A stretch of 64,000 bases of DNA from Octopus sinensis (lineage: Eukaryota): contig NC_043016.1 in the NCBI RefSeq assembly GCF_006345805.1, forward strand, positions 11,842,001 through 11,906,000, given 5' to 3'. Position 1 is the first letter of the stretch; every line of letters starts with the position of its first letter. Of this stretch, positions 12,401 through 23,914 are shown one piece after another. The position numbers and the translations under genes were made by a program. The notes beneath the pieces are model-generated. The model made no database searches. It was not told the origin of the DNA and saw nothing but the letters and a program-made list of their open reading frames with translations.

Positions 12401-13400
12401 TGACAAATTTTATTTGCCTTTTAAAAATAAAATTACTGAATAGAAAGAATACCACTTCATATTTCTTTTGACTTTATGCTCCGGGTTCAAATTTCAAAGT
12501 GGTCAATTTTGCTTTTCACCTTTTTCGGATTGAGGGGAGAATAAAAAAAGGGTGGAGGGAATAGAACACTCTAGGACAGAGGAGCAGTGGAACTGTATGA
12601 ACATCAGACTGGATGTGTTTACAGTATTTCTCCTAGCTTTTTGCATTCTGAGTTCAAATTCATAAGCTCACGGAAAAAGGGTGGAAGCACATCCCCTAAA
12701 ATTTTGTAGCAGGCATTAAAAATGCTTTGAACATCCTCCTGAAAAACTTCATTGCCAAAAGGAACAAGCCTCAAAACAGTTTTGAACTTACTTGAAACAC
12801 TACATTTCCCTTATTGGATTGATTTGATTGATGTACAAATATAATAATAATTATTATCATCATCATTATTATTATTATTATCATTTATTATACCCATGTT
12901 TGTTTTGTTATGACTGGAAAAAAAGTCAATGTTGATTATAAAAATATTTTGGACGTGGGTTTGTCCTCTAAGCAAATTTTGTTCCTGCACTTGTGTTGAA
13001 ATCCTATCCTGCCCTGCCCTACACGGGTGGCAGATTTAATTCTTCACCTTCACCTCGTTCAACGCCACCAACTGGAATGTGCAGAGACCAGTGTTGCCAA
13101 CATTCAGGCCAGGTCTCCCCCCCTCCTGCCCGCCCACCCACTAGTGTCAGAAAGCTCTGTATAAAGAGCCATGGACATTTGTTTTTCCCTCCTGACAAAA
13201 AAGACAATTTTATTTTTTTTTAAATTAAAAACATTTCCAATTTTATGCAAGAGTCTTCCATTAAGTTTTGTGATAAGAAACATGATAAACAAAATCTCTA
13301 TTACAAAAATATACACTTTAGATGAGTTGTAGTGCACCTGAGCACTGTACACAATTACTATTACTATTATTATTATTATTATTAGTAAAAATCAACATAC

Positions 13401-13608
13401 CTGGATTGTTGGCTTCTTCCTCGAGTCGTTGTACTTGGGAACAGTCTGAGGCACTCTGTTCAAGAACTTGGGCAATAAATTTAACTTGAATGGGTGATAA
13501 CCGTTTCAGCAATGAATACAAGGCCACTGTTTGCTCGCATTCACTCCAACTCTGAAACCAACTTGATATAGTTTTCACTTGATCTTTAAACATATTATTG
13601 GACTTCAT
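13401..13608 (-). CDS. SAMD4: First coding exon of Smaug / SAMD4 (SAM-domain RNA-binding translational repressor), N-terminal Smaug-similarity region
   Basis: Translates MKSNNMFKDQVKTISSWFQSWSECEQTVALYSLLKRLSPIQVKFIAQVLEQSASDCSQVQRLEEEANNP(G). This closely parallels the vertebrate SAMD4A/B N-terminus (MMFRDQV...WF.GWNECEQTVALLSLLKR...LE.EANSPG). Similarity stops exactly at CCAG|GTATGT (donor at 13400). Exon is 208 nt = 69 codons + 1 (phase 1). The conserved Met is the second ATG (13593). Confidence 0.93.
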
Positions 13609-13671
13609 AATGTCAAGTTTACAGCCGTTCTACACTCCTCCGCTTCTTTCTCTATGTTTGTTTGCATTCAT
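13605..13671 (-). promoter_or_regulatory. Two upstream ORFs immediately 5' of the Smaug start
   Basis: ATG 13671 gives MNANKHRERSGGV* (stop 13632-13630). ATG 13667 gives MQTNIEKEAEECRTAVNLTL*, whose TGA (13607-13605) overlaps the first Smaug ATG (ATGA). Functional only if this region is in the mature mRNA. Confidence 0.5.
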
Positions 13672-14239
13672 ATGCAAGTTTTGTCAGTGAGTGAATGAGC
13701 GAAATATATAGAAATAGGGCAAAAAAAAAAGAACGACTGAAAATATCAGAAATAGACAATTTATGAAAAATAAACATTGAATGTTTATGACATCGTTCTT
13801 TTGTGTGTATATATAAAAAAAATTTATATATACGTTCTTAAATGCTTCTGTAATGGCTGAATATGAAAATATTTGTTTTACGTTGATAAATCCTCCACGA
13901 ATGTTTGATGAAATTGAAAATCTAGCAAGAGGTATCCGCATTCAAATCGCTCCACACCTCAGCTGTTGAAGAGGACGACGACGTCGGCGGAGGAGGAAGA
14001 GGAGGCGAAGAATGGTTCAGGACATCAGAGAAGGCGACAGCAGGTGCAGCATCAGCAATAAATGGAAAGAAATTAAAAAAAAACAAAACATAAATAAAGC
14101 TAATTAAGTAAACAGACGAATTAAGAGTAAGACGTAACAAAAAAAAGTACAAAAGCAGACATGTCTACATACATGGAACCACATTGCACGTCTAAATATG
14201 TGTGTGTATGTAATAAAAGATATATACTCAGAGAGAGAG

Positions 14240-14271
<32 letters not shown>

Positions 14272-14395
14272 TGAGAGAGAGGAAGGCAGCAAAGCAAAGA
14301 AGATGAAAAAAAAACAACAAAAAAAAGACACACGGTTGCACTCACCATTTCATATTATGACATTTGAAGTCTTATTCAATTTGCTAATGGACAAA

Positions 14396-14397
<2 letters not shown>

Positions 14398-14432
<35 letters not shown>

Positions 14433-14600
14433 TAGACGAAAATAAAATGCAATAGAAAACATTTATAAACCGAGACTACGTAAATTACCCCCATCACAAC
14501 CCAAAAGGCGGACTACGAAACTAAGGAAAATTTAGTTTGAAGTGGTAGCTCTGCTTCCAATATACGATGCTTTTACATATATATATACATACATATATAT

Positions 14601-14642
<42 letters not shown>

Positions 14643-14719
14643 CATTCTGGTATATATGTATGTGTGTATATATTATATATACATATACATATATACATAT
14701 ATATATAATATGTATATAT

Positions 14720-14776
<57 letters not shown>

Positions 14777-14840
14777 GTGTATATATAATATATATATATA
14801 TATATATATTGCATTCTGGTATATATGTATGTGCGTATAT
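14398..14840. repeat. (TA)n-rich compound microsatellite
   Basis: Long TA/TG runs; the unique 25-mer TTGCATTCTGGTATATATGTATGTG occurs twice (about 14640 and 14809). Confidence 0.9.
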
Positions 14841-15161
14841 ATACATATCAAATGCGTATGATTTTTTCTTGCTGCGCGCTTACGCACAAACGCGCGCACG
14901 CACACACACACACACACATACACACACGCACAGGCACAGACATACATACAGACACGCACGCACACACGCTCAGAAATGTGCAGTGACACAAATGGGGGGG
15001 ACAAATCGTTTTCCACACAGAAAGGAAACCGAAAATAAAATCTCGAAAACAAAACAAAACAAAAAATTGTAAGGAAAGAAGAAGAAGAAGAAGAAGAAGC
15101 AGCGCAAAGAGACCAAACAACTAACTTCTCCCACCACTACAATAAGAACAACAAATGCTCT

Positions 15162-15192
15162 CCACCCCCACCCCCCCACCCCACCCCCACCC
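15162..15192 (-). promoter_or_regulatory. G-quadruplex-forming tract upstream of Smaug
   Basis: Minus strand reads GGGTGGGGGTGGGGTGGGGGGGTGGGGGTGG (five runs of 3 or more G with 1-nt loops). Confidence 0.5.
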
Positions 15193-15429
15193 TCGTGCCT
15201 CTTTGCAATTCAACTTGTCGATCCCTTCTTCAAGTCACTTACAAGTCCACACAAGCGCAAATCATTCTCGAACCCGAGGGACTGCCCACAACTATATATA
15301 TAACATTACTTTATATAATTAGGGGGTTCAGTAAAAAATAATTTACTTTTACCACACACTGAAACTTTTAGAAATAGCAGCCAAAAATTTTTTAGCTATT
15401 TCCTCTACTATAAGAAAAGTCTCCCAGAC

Positions 15430-15780
15430 ATGTGTATATATATATATACACACACATACATACATACATACATAAGTACATACATATATACGTACATAAG
15501 TACATACATACATACATACACAAACACACACATGTACATACATACTTGTACATACATACATGCAGGCGTACATGTATGCATACATACACACATACATATG
15601 TACATACATACATACATACACACATACATACATACATGCAGGCGTACATGTATGCATACATACACACATACATATGTACATACATACATACATACATACA
15701 CACATACATACATGAAGGCATGCATACATACATAAATACATACATACATACATACATATATGCATACATACATACATACA

Positions 15781-15813
<33 letters not shown>

Positions 15814-15899
15814 GCATACATACACACACATACATACACACATACATACACACATACATACATACATACATACATACATACATACATACATACATACGC

Positions 15900-15931
<32 letters not shown>

Positions 15932-15985
15932 GCATACATACATACATACATACATACACACACAGACACATACATACATACATAC
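15430..15985. repeat. (ATAC)n tetranucleotide array with a 76-bp higher-order period
   Basis: TGCAGG/TGAAGG marker at 15561, 15637, 15713. Confidence 0.9.
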
Positions 15986-16349
15986 AAGCTTTTACTTGTT
16001 CTGGTCACTGGACTGCGGCCATGCTGAAGCACTTGCCTCGAAGGGTTTAGTCGAACAAATTAACTCTAGTACTTGATTTTTTTTTTTTTCAAGTGTAGTA
16101 TTTATTCACTAGGTCACTTATGCCAAACCGTTACGTTACGATGGGGTGGCGATTTCAATACAAACACAATAATACACACACACACACACACACACACACA
16201 CGTATATGCATGCATACACGAGCGACAGGCTTCTTTTATTTACCATCTACCAAATCCACAAACAAGGATTTAGTCGACCCGAGCCTATAGCAGAAGACAC
16301 TCACCCAAGGGGCGACACAGTGACTCCTAAGGCTGGGAAGTAAACTTTT

Positions 16350-16404
<55 letters not shown>

Positions 16405-16440
16405 GAAGTAAACTTTTCATATATATATATATATTATATA

Positions 16441-16504
<64 letters not shown>

Positions 16505-16629
16505 TCAATAATAAAGGGTGAAATTAATTAATTTAGAAATAATCATCAATTTCACCAAGTAGAGTTCGGCATGTAAAAGCCCCATTCAAGGAAGGTTTAA
16601 GTAATACTAAGTAATTACTTAATTACTTA

Positions 16630-16702
<73 letters not shown>

Positions 16703-17671
16703 ATTACACACATAGAACCAAAACAAAACGGTGACAAGTAAACCCGCACAAACTATACGTAATACACGAGCTGTCACTGGTCTTATGTCACCCACCCCGA
16801 TGACTTTGTTTACACACAAAACTTTTTTTAAATTATATTTTTGGGGGTAGATGAAATTTTGCACAGAAATACCCTTTTCGAGAGTATATAATTACGTAAT
16901 GTTTACTGCTTCGAATATAAATGTGAAAAGACGAAACATAGTGAAAAACTGCGCCAGTTTACGGAAATTGTTCCGAAACAAGGTCGATGAAGAAAAAAGA
17001 AGAATGAATAGAAGAAACTCCACCAAAAAAAAAAAATTTGTTAGTAAATTTAATCAACGTAATCGTATTCTGCCCCCTCGAAGACATACCTGTGCAATAT
17101 TTCATTAAGCAAAAAAAAAAAAAAAAAAAAAAATCCCACACATTTTTTCTGAAAGTTACGAAAAAGCATAATATTAGGTTGTTCCAAAAGTTCGTAAACA
17201 CTTGCGAAAATTGAATTTTTACTCGCCAAGTACTAACAAAAACAACAAAAATTATTCCTCAAAATAAAGACCATTATTTTCTAAGACTTTCTACGAACTT
17301 TTGGGACAACCTTATAGAAGTGAGAGAGGACGGGGAAGAAGAGCAAGCTATAGTTTCTAAGTAAACCTTATGTGTGTGTGATACATATATATCCTCATTA
17401 GCGATGTGCAATAAAAATTTAGCTGTTGCCCATATTTGCAATAAACGTATTTAGTGAAAGGGGAAAAAAGTTTAAAATATTTGATTGCGTTTGAGAATGA
17501 TTTCAAAGATCTGACAAAAAGAAAAATATATAATTATACATATGCACACACACACACACGTACGCACGCACACACACTCACACACACACACACACACACA
17601 CGCACGCACTTAATGACCGGCAGAAGTTATAGAATAACTCAAGGGCCGACAGTTTCGTGTTTTAGTACTTA

Positions 17672-17902
17672 TCTTATTTCCTTATTGCCCACAAGGGGCT
17701 AAACATAGAAGGGACAAATAAGGACAGACAAAGGGATTAAGTCGATTACATCGACCCCAGTGCGTAACTGGTACTTAATTTATCGACCCCGAAAGAAAGA
17801 AAGGTAAAGTCGACCTCGGAGGAATTTGAACTCAGAACGTAGCGTTAAACGGAATATCGATAAGCATTTCGCCCGGTGTGCTAACGTTTAAGCCAGCTCG
17901 CC
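17672..17902 (-). mobile_element. SINE family B (tRNA-like head; central TTTCATCCTTTCGGGGTCGATAAATTAAGTACCAG domain)
   Basis: Head GGCGAGCTGGC...GAGTTCAAATTCC (B box); matches other copies at 26513-26743, 38518-38748, 43398-43611, 52970-53141. Confidence 0.8.
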
Positions 17903-18467
17903 TCCTTTAGTACTTATCAACGAACGAAATTCTTTCTCTAGCCTTTTAGTTACTTAGAATGAGGAACTGGATAACGAGGTAAAATCCGTGGGACGGAACA
18001 GTCAAGGTAGATGTAGTAGGTGTAAGGGATCTGTCTACTCGGGAACAATTATTGCGTGCCGACGGACCCGCAGAACCTGTGGAAGTTGCATAAGTATGTA
18101 GAAGATTATGACTGCGAGTGGTGGGTCAAAAAAAAAAAAAAGAGACACCAGCACAATGCTGGAAAGAATAAAGTACGTTGAATAAAGTACCTCACTCGGA
18201 GGGGGGGGAGGCCGAACGGTTTCGTTTCATCTTTCATTATATAAATTAATTCCCTTCATTTGGTTTGTATTTTTCTTCCCCTCGATGTAAGGCCTTCATG
18301 GCCAATTTCATAAAATAAAGAAGCTTGCTTCCCAATCAAATGGACCCTTTTTCAATCCCACTGTGTGGCACCTTGGGCAAATGTCTACTATAGCCTCGAA
18401 CCGACCAAACCCTTGTGAGCGGATTTGGTAGAAAGAAGCCCGTCGTGTGTGCATGTATATATATATA

Positions 18468-18508
<41 letters not shown>

Positions 18509-18510
<2 letters not shown>

Positions 18511-18716
18511 GGAGTAAACACATAAATGTGAAACAAGGTGGAAAAAAGAGTACTCAAATACCAGTGGTAGAGTATATGCTTTATTTAAAGCAGCAGAAAA
18601 TTCAACAAAATCTGTTACTCTGAGTTTCTCGTTGCCGTTCATCAGACAGTTTTTGAACGGCAACGAGAAACTCAGAGTAACAGATTTTGTTGAATTTTCT
18701 GCTGCTTTAAATAAAG
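18509..18716. mobile_element. (TA)n-embedded palindromic element with hammerhead motif (family G)
   Basis: Perfect 63-bp inverted arms 18579-18641 and 18654-18716; CTGT-CTGATGA-ACGGCAACGA-GAAAC-TCAGA-GTA-ACAG on minus strand 18649-18612. Confidence 0.7.
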
Positions 18717-19160
18717 TATATTATATATATATACACACACACAAACATAGGGTGCGAGGGGTAAACTGTGGCACAATACTCTCGGAGTGGTTGGCGTTAG
18801 GAAGGGCATCCAGCTGTAGAAACTTTGCTTCATTAGATTTGAGCCTGGTACAGATTGCCAGCCCCCAGTCAAACTGTCCAACCCATGCCAGCATGGAAAG
18901 CAGATGTTAAACGACAATGATGACGATGATTTTTTTTTTTTTTTAAAGAGAGCAATAATAAAAATATATATATATAAAACACTAAATATGAGCAATGAAG
19001 AATCAAAGGAATTTAGAGAGAGAAGATCGACCAAAAAACGAAACAATTAAAGACTAGATTTTCTGTTTGCCTTGTACTGGCAAGTTGTCATTTAAGTATC
19101 TTTGTAGATGCAATTAAGACATATTTACAATTATACAAATAATTATAAACATATAATTAA

Positions 19161-19558
19161 CTAGCAGTATTGCCCGGCGTTACTCGGGTTTGTAAGGGAA
19201 ATAACTATATAAGCATTTTTAGAGAGTTATAGCCAGAAAATAGCAAAAAAATGCATTAAAAATGGGGAAAAAATTATGGTAAATTTTTTTTTAAATCGTT
19301 GACTCATTGTAGACATTTTTAGAGAGTTACTTCCCTTATATAATAGCGAAAAAACGCATTAAAATGGGAAAAAATGATGGTAAATTATTTTTAAAATCGT
19401 AGACTCATGGTAGACGCGCGCTAATACCCAGAAGGGCTCGATATGAATGACGACTATAAGATACCCGGTTTTGGTTAAACTGCACCGCAAAATGTAGGAG
19501 TAGTTAGGAATCAAAATCGTAGGAGACAGACACACAACTTGACTTTTAAATATAAAGA
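19161..19558 (-). mobile_element. Non-autonomous Helitron (398 bp)
   Basis: Minus strand: A|TCTTTATA... 5' end; CCCGAGTAACGCCGGG hairpin 8 nt before the 3' CTAG|T; inserted between A and T; paralogue at 63446-63840. Confidence 0.85.
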
Positions 19559-19767
19559 TATTAGATCTTCTGTAATACATGTAATCAATAAAGTTTACTT
19601 GAACAATGTGATATCAGAGAATGTGAAAAGAGAGAAAATAAAGAGCTTCTAACAATGCACCAAGTTCAAAAAAACCTTTATATTTCAGACACAAGGGCCC
19701 ATCTTTGTAAGAAGAACAGTCTGGAGCCCATTAACCCATTCAAATCCCTAGCATTTTGAAACAGTAG

Positions 19768-20159
19768 TGGATGGATGGAAGCACTCCGTCGGTTCCGACG
19801 ACGAGGGTTCCGGTTGATCCGAATCAACGGAACAGCCAGCTCGTGAAATTAACGCGCAAGTGGCTGAGCACTCCACAGACACGTGTACCCTTAACGTAGT
19901 TCTCGGGGATATTCAGCGTGACACAGAGAGTGACAAGGCCGGCCCTTTGAAATACAGGTACAACAGAAACAGGAAGTAAGAGTGAGAGAAAGTTGTGGTG
20001 AAAGAGTGCAGCAGGGATCATCACCATCCCCTGCCGGAGCCTCGTGGGGCTTTTAGGTGTTTTCGCTCAATAAACACTCACAACGCCCGGTCTGGGAATC
20101 GAAACCGCGATCCTACGACCGCGAGTCCGCTGCCCTAACCACTGGGCCATTGCGCCTCC
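19768..20159 (-). mobile_element. SINE family I, young CpG-rich copy with well-preserved tRNA-like Pol III promoter
   Basis: GGAGGCGCAATGGCCCAGTGGTTAGGGCAGCGGACTCGCGGTCGTAGGATCGCGGTTTCGATTCC (A and B boxes); (CATC)n tail; older relatives at about 32022-32260 and 37222-37560. Confidence 0.8.
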
Positions 20160-20224
20160 GAAACAGTAGTACTCAGTTGTTGCAGCAGTTACTCTCAGAA
20201 TGTAGGTGTAATCTCCAGGGATAC

Positions 20225-20335
20225 AAGCATCCAGCAACAGGACTTCCGTAATGCTATTATGGACCGTGAAGTCTGGCGTAACGTAGTAAAATCCATTGTC
20301 TCGACCACGGTCGAACAATGATGATGATGATGATG
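20225..20335 (+). mobile_element. 5'-truncated RTE 3' end (same family as 6070-6343)
   Basis: Close match to about 6220-6343 and (GAT)n tail. Confidence 0.8.
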
Positions 20336-20586
20336 TAAACAAAATGAAACAACAAATTATCACCATTTTTTTTTCCTCACTTAATAAAGCTGCATAACTT
20401 TTTTCTATCTAATATCTTTTAACAAAGTTTTCACCAAAAGATTCTACTCATCAAGTTCTTTTAAAAAGGTATTATTACAATATAGTTTGCTTTTCAAATA
20501 CCCGAGATATTTTGAGTGAAAATCAATTTTAAATGTTACAAATTTTCTGGCTACTTAAAGGTGCATAACGTTTTTTCTAATACCTT

Positions 20587-20817
20587 TTAACCCTTTTGTT
20601 ACCATATTTCTGTTGAGATGTTCTGTGTTTCTTTCAATTAATTTTAAATATAACAAAGAATTTAGTAAAATAACTTAGTATTATCATTCAGCTAGTGTTA
20701 GGAACATAAATTGTGACTAAGGTTTAGTGGAAGATTTTAATTCAAAACTTATGAAAACAAGATATTTATACTCTGAGCCAGAGACGGTTTCAGCCGGGTT
20801 GATAACAAAAGGGTTAA
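20587..20817 (+). mobile_element. piggyBac-type MITE family E, intact
   Basis: TTAA|CCCTTTTGTTACC ... GATAACAAAAGGG|TTAA. Confidence 0.9.
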
Positions 20818-21924
20818 CAAGGTCTTTACCAAAATATTCTACATGCTGAATTCTTTTAAAAAGTCACAATTAAAGTATAATTTTTCCTTTAAACAACTGA
20901 GAAAATATGAGTCAAAGTAAATATAAGGCATTACTCTCCCACTTTTGGCTCTCTATTTTTTATCATAACATTTTTTCTACTGAACAAATTTTGAATATTT
21001 TATGTCAAAATGCAGCTTACCACTGGTCCATCAGAGTGGTAAAAACCGAATTAAGACTGAACTAAAACTGAATTAGTGGTAAAGCATTAAATTGGCCACG
21101 AGTAAGTAAAAGTTGACCATAAGAATATTATTCACACACTGCTGTGTGTGGATACGCATGCATCTATCCATGTGTGTGTCCTTGTGTTTGTGTTCTCCAC
21201 CCCATCACTAATTGATAACCAGTGTCGGTGCGTTTACATCCCCATAATTTAGCAGCTCAGTAAAAGAGACCAACAGAACAAGTACTAGGCTTAAGAAATA
21301 AGTTCTGAGGTCGATTTGCCTGACTAAAAACCCCTGAAGGTGGTGCTCCAGTATGGCTGAAGTCTAATGGCTGAAACAAGTAAAAGAATAAAAGAATATA
21401 TATATATATATACTTATGCTTTGAGTTTTATTTCCTTTTTGCATCACCAAACCTACACAAACACACACACACACACACACACACATACAAACACATTTCA
21501 CTTCGGTATAGCAATGCTAAAAACCTGATGTCAGAACTTGAGTGAGCGAGTGGGTGAGAGAGAGTGAGAGTGAGAGTGAGTGAGTGAATGAGAGTCAAAT
21601 ACACTCACATATTCTTTTATTATTTTGTCATTTGAGCACAGCCATACTGAGACATGCCTGCAACTATTTCAGTCATATTGGCTCCGGTACTCATTCATTC
21701 CGATACTTTATCAATTCCAAATTATCGGACAGCGAGATGAAAAAGGGACACGCCACGGTAAAGATGGGTTTCTAGATCAGCATAAGCACATACAAAGGAG
21801 TGTATATACATCAGGCTTTTTGCACAGTTTCCACCTCTTAGATTCCACAATTCATTTGGGCCAACCTAAGGCTACAGTAGAATACAATTCTCCAAAACAT
21901 GCAAATGAGATTTTTATATCCTTG

Positions 21925-23600
21925 GTTGCGGATATATGATCTAAACAAGGCAGGAGTAAAGCAATGTATTCACAGACATAACTTGACTACCAACATGCAA
22001 TACTCCAATGCTTTCCTTCTGTCTCGACGAGTCCACCTTGTTATCACATAGAGGTGTTGATGTCAATCACCACACCACAACATCTCCCCTTTTGAGATTG
22101 ACTTCCACTAGAAGTGAATAAAAATTTTATTTTTCTTTCATACAGCATCTCCCTTTTAGAGATTTACTTCCCTCAAGCTTAATATTATTTTCATTTTGGA
22201 ACTACCTCTAACAATTCTATTTTCTTTTTCTTGTACTGGTACACCTTGGTTTGATGACTTCCTGCAGAATTGGCACATCAAAAATATCATAGAGAACTTC
22301 CATAGGTACCTCTTTTCTTGTAACCTTTCTTCAGCAAACCTTTTCTGATGATTCATGTGTCTTTTATGTTCCCATCTTGAACCTTTCACCATGTACGTCA
22401 TTTTAACAATCTGTTTTATTATTTCACTATCTTCCCAACCTCCTTTTCTATTTCTCCTTTTCTACACTCTGAAAAACACCTTATCACCAGTTTCTAAATG
22501 CTTGGTCATATTTTTAATATGAGCTACCATCTTTCACATCAAAATGTGATAATGACAATTCTGACATTAAGATTTTAAAAATTTGTTCAAAATCTTTTTG
22601 TCACTTGTCTAACCAGTTCTGCTTAATGTCTTTCTTTAACAAGTTATTCAGGGGTGCTCTCAAATCATGCATACTCCGTATGTATATCTGGTAGTAACTT
22701 GCAAGTGCCAAAAATGCTTGCACTTGTCCTTGATGGAGTCTGGTTTACATCCATTTTCATCGATAATCTGCTCCAGATATTTTATTCTAGGCATAGAAAC
22801 TTCGAAGATTTTTTTTAATATGCTCAGCATGCTGATCATGAAATTCACTTTTTATGAGTATGTCAGCAGAAAAACTTTGGTTTTTAAGATTTTTCCATGA
22901 AATGTAACATCACTTCACCCTTAAAACACATTTTTTTTTCCTGACATACCACATGCAATTTTCAAAGATTTTGTCAACCTAGGTTTTCTGATTTTTCTCC
23001 GTGTATCTGCATTAACTATCATGATATCATTGCAACCTGATATTCACATTATTCATTTATACAAACACAAATTTTCTTTTCTGAGCCTCACTTAGATTTT
23101 TTTGTCAACAATACTTTCTTGCCAAAATATTTTATATTCAACTTTTTTTTTCTTTCACTCTACAATGTAAGCTTTTATGTCCAATTTTTCCACACTCAAA
23201 ACATTTTAGATTTTTAAAAGGACAGTTACATTTAAAATGTTAAGCTTCTGCACCCACAGATTGGGTCTTAACATTTTTCTTTTTTCTTATCCATTACAGG
23301 CCTTAAATTTATAATCCTCTGGCATTCCCCTGCTACTGCTTATAGAGTTAATTTTTGATACTGTTTTAATTTTGTTAGTATCTGGGAACATATATCTGTA
23401 TCTTTGCTTGCAGTTAGCCCTTGAACAAAACTTAGACATTTGAACATGTCCAGAGTTAATTTAATCTGAATTTTTCATATTCTGTTTACAACCCTAGCAT
23501 AAGTGACAAAATCATCTTTTTTAACCAAATTTAAACACTGCCCGCAAGTATTGAACAGGGAACTTCTTTTACTTAAAATTTTCAATAAAATTAACTTTCG
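21925..23600 (-). mobile_element. Heavily deleted Ty3/Gypsy LTR-retrotransposon remnant
   Basis: Minus-strand pieces in gag-pol order: gag-like DDFVTYARVVNR...LDMFKCLSFVQGLTASKD; RT end PRIKYLEQIIDENGCKPD; AFLALASYY...MHDLRAPLNNLLKKD; integrase-end TYMVKGSRWEHKRHMN...VPMEVLYDIFDVP; then PPT AAAAGGGGAGA followed by TGTTGT (LTR start, about 22083). Confidence 0.75.
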
Positions 23601-23914
23601 TAACGTCTAAAAACGGCCTTTAAAAAATGGCTATAATTATAAATATTACAAAATGACAAAACAGTCATGGTTGGGATGCCCTTGTTGATAGGTCTTACTT
23701 GATGAGGGGGTGGCAAAGCTAAGGGTATACATATCAATAGCACCTCTGTAATGTTAATTAAATATCAATTAAATCTGTCAATTATCAGGTCTTCCACTAA
23801 CACTTGGTTTCATTCCGAGCTGACACATTAACATCAACTAATCTATTTAAGAGAGGTGAAAGAATATTGGGGTTCTTTTTTTTAAAGGCATTCAATTATG
23901 TAACAAAACTTTAC

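Larger units (their letters stand above)
1..13400 (-). other. Probable part of the long intron following the first coding exon of Smaug
   Basis: GT donor at 13400; no Smaug exon-2-like peptide recognised downstream within the window; region is repeat-filled. Confidence 0.6.

Noticed and set aside
13109-13122. CAGTGTTGCCAAC hAT-like terminus
   Set aside because: No matching opposite TIR or TSD found.
14542-16076. Long ORFs (up to 227 aa) of MYVCMYV/HTYIHT type; likewise 51656-52585, 54845-56103, 57588-57983
   Set aside because: Stop-free frames produced by TA/CA/ATAC micro- and minisatellites; no protein-like complexity.
16334-16420. GGGAAGTAAACTTTTCA duplicated around a (TA)n run
   Set aside because: Most simply slippage or unequal exchange at the microsatellite; no inserted element identifiable between the copies.
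16500-16620. TA-flanked segment with degenerate hammerhead-like GGC...GCC-GAAC (similar at about 52680-52720)
   Set aside because: CUGANGA and GAAA cores too degraded to call.
20088-20159. tRNA gene
   Set aside because: The tRNA-like head continues directly into a SINE body and tail; the same applies to family A and B heads.
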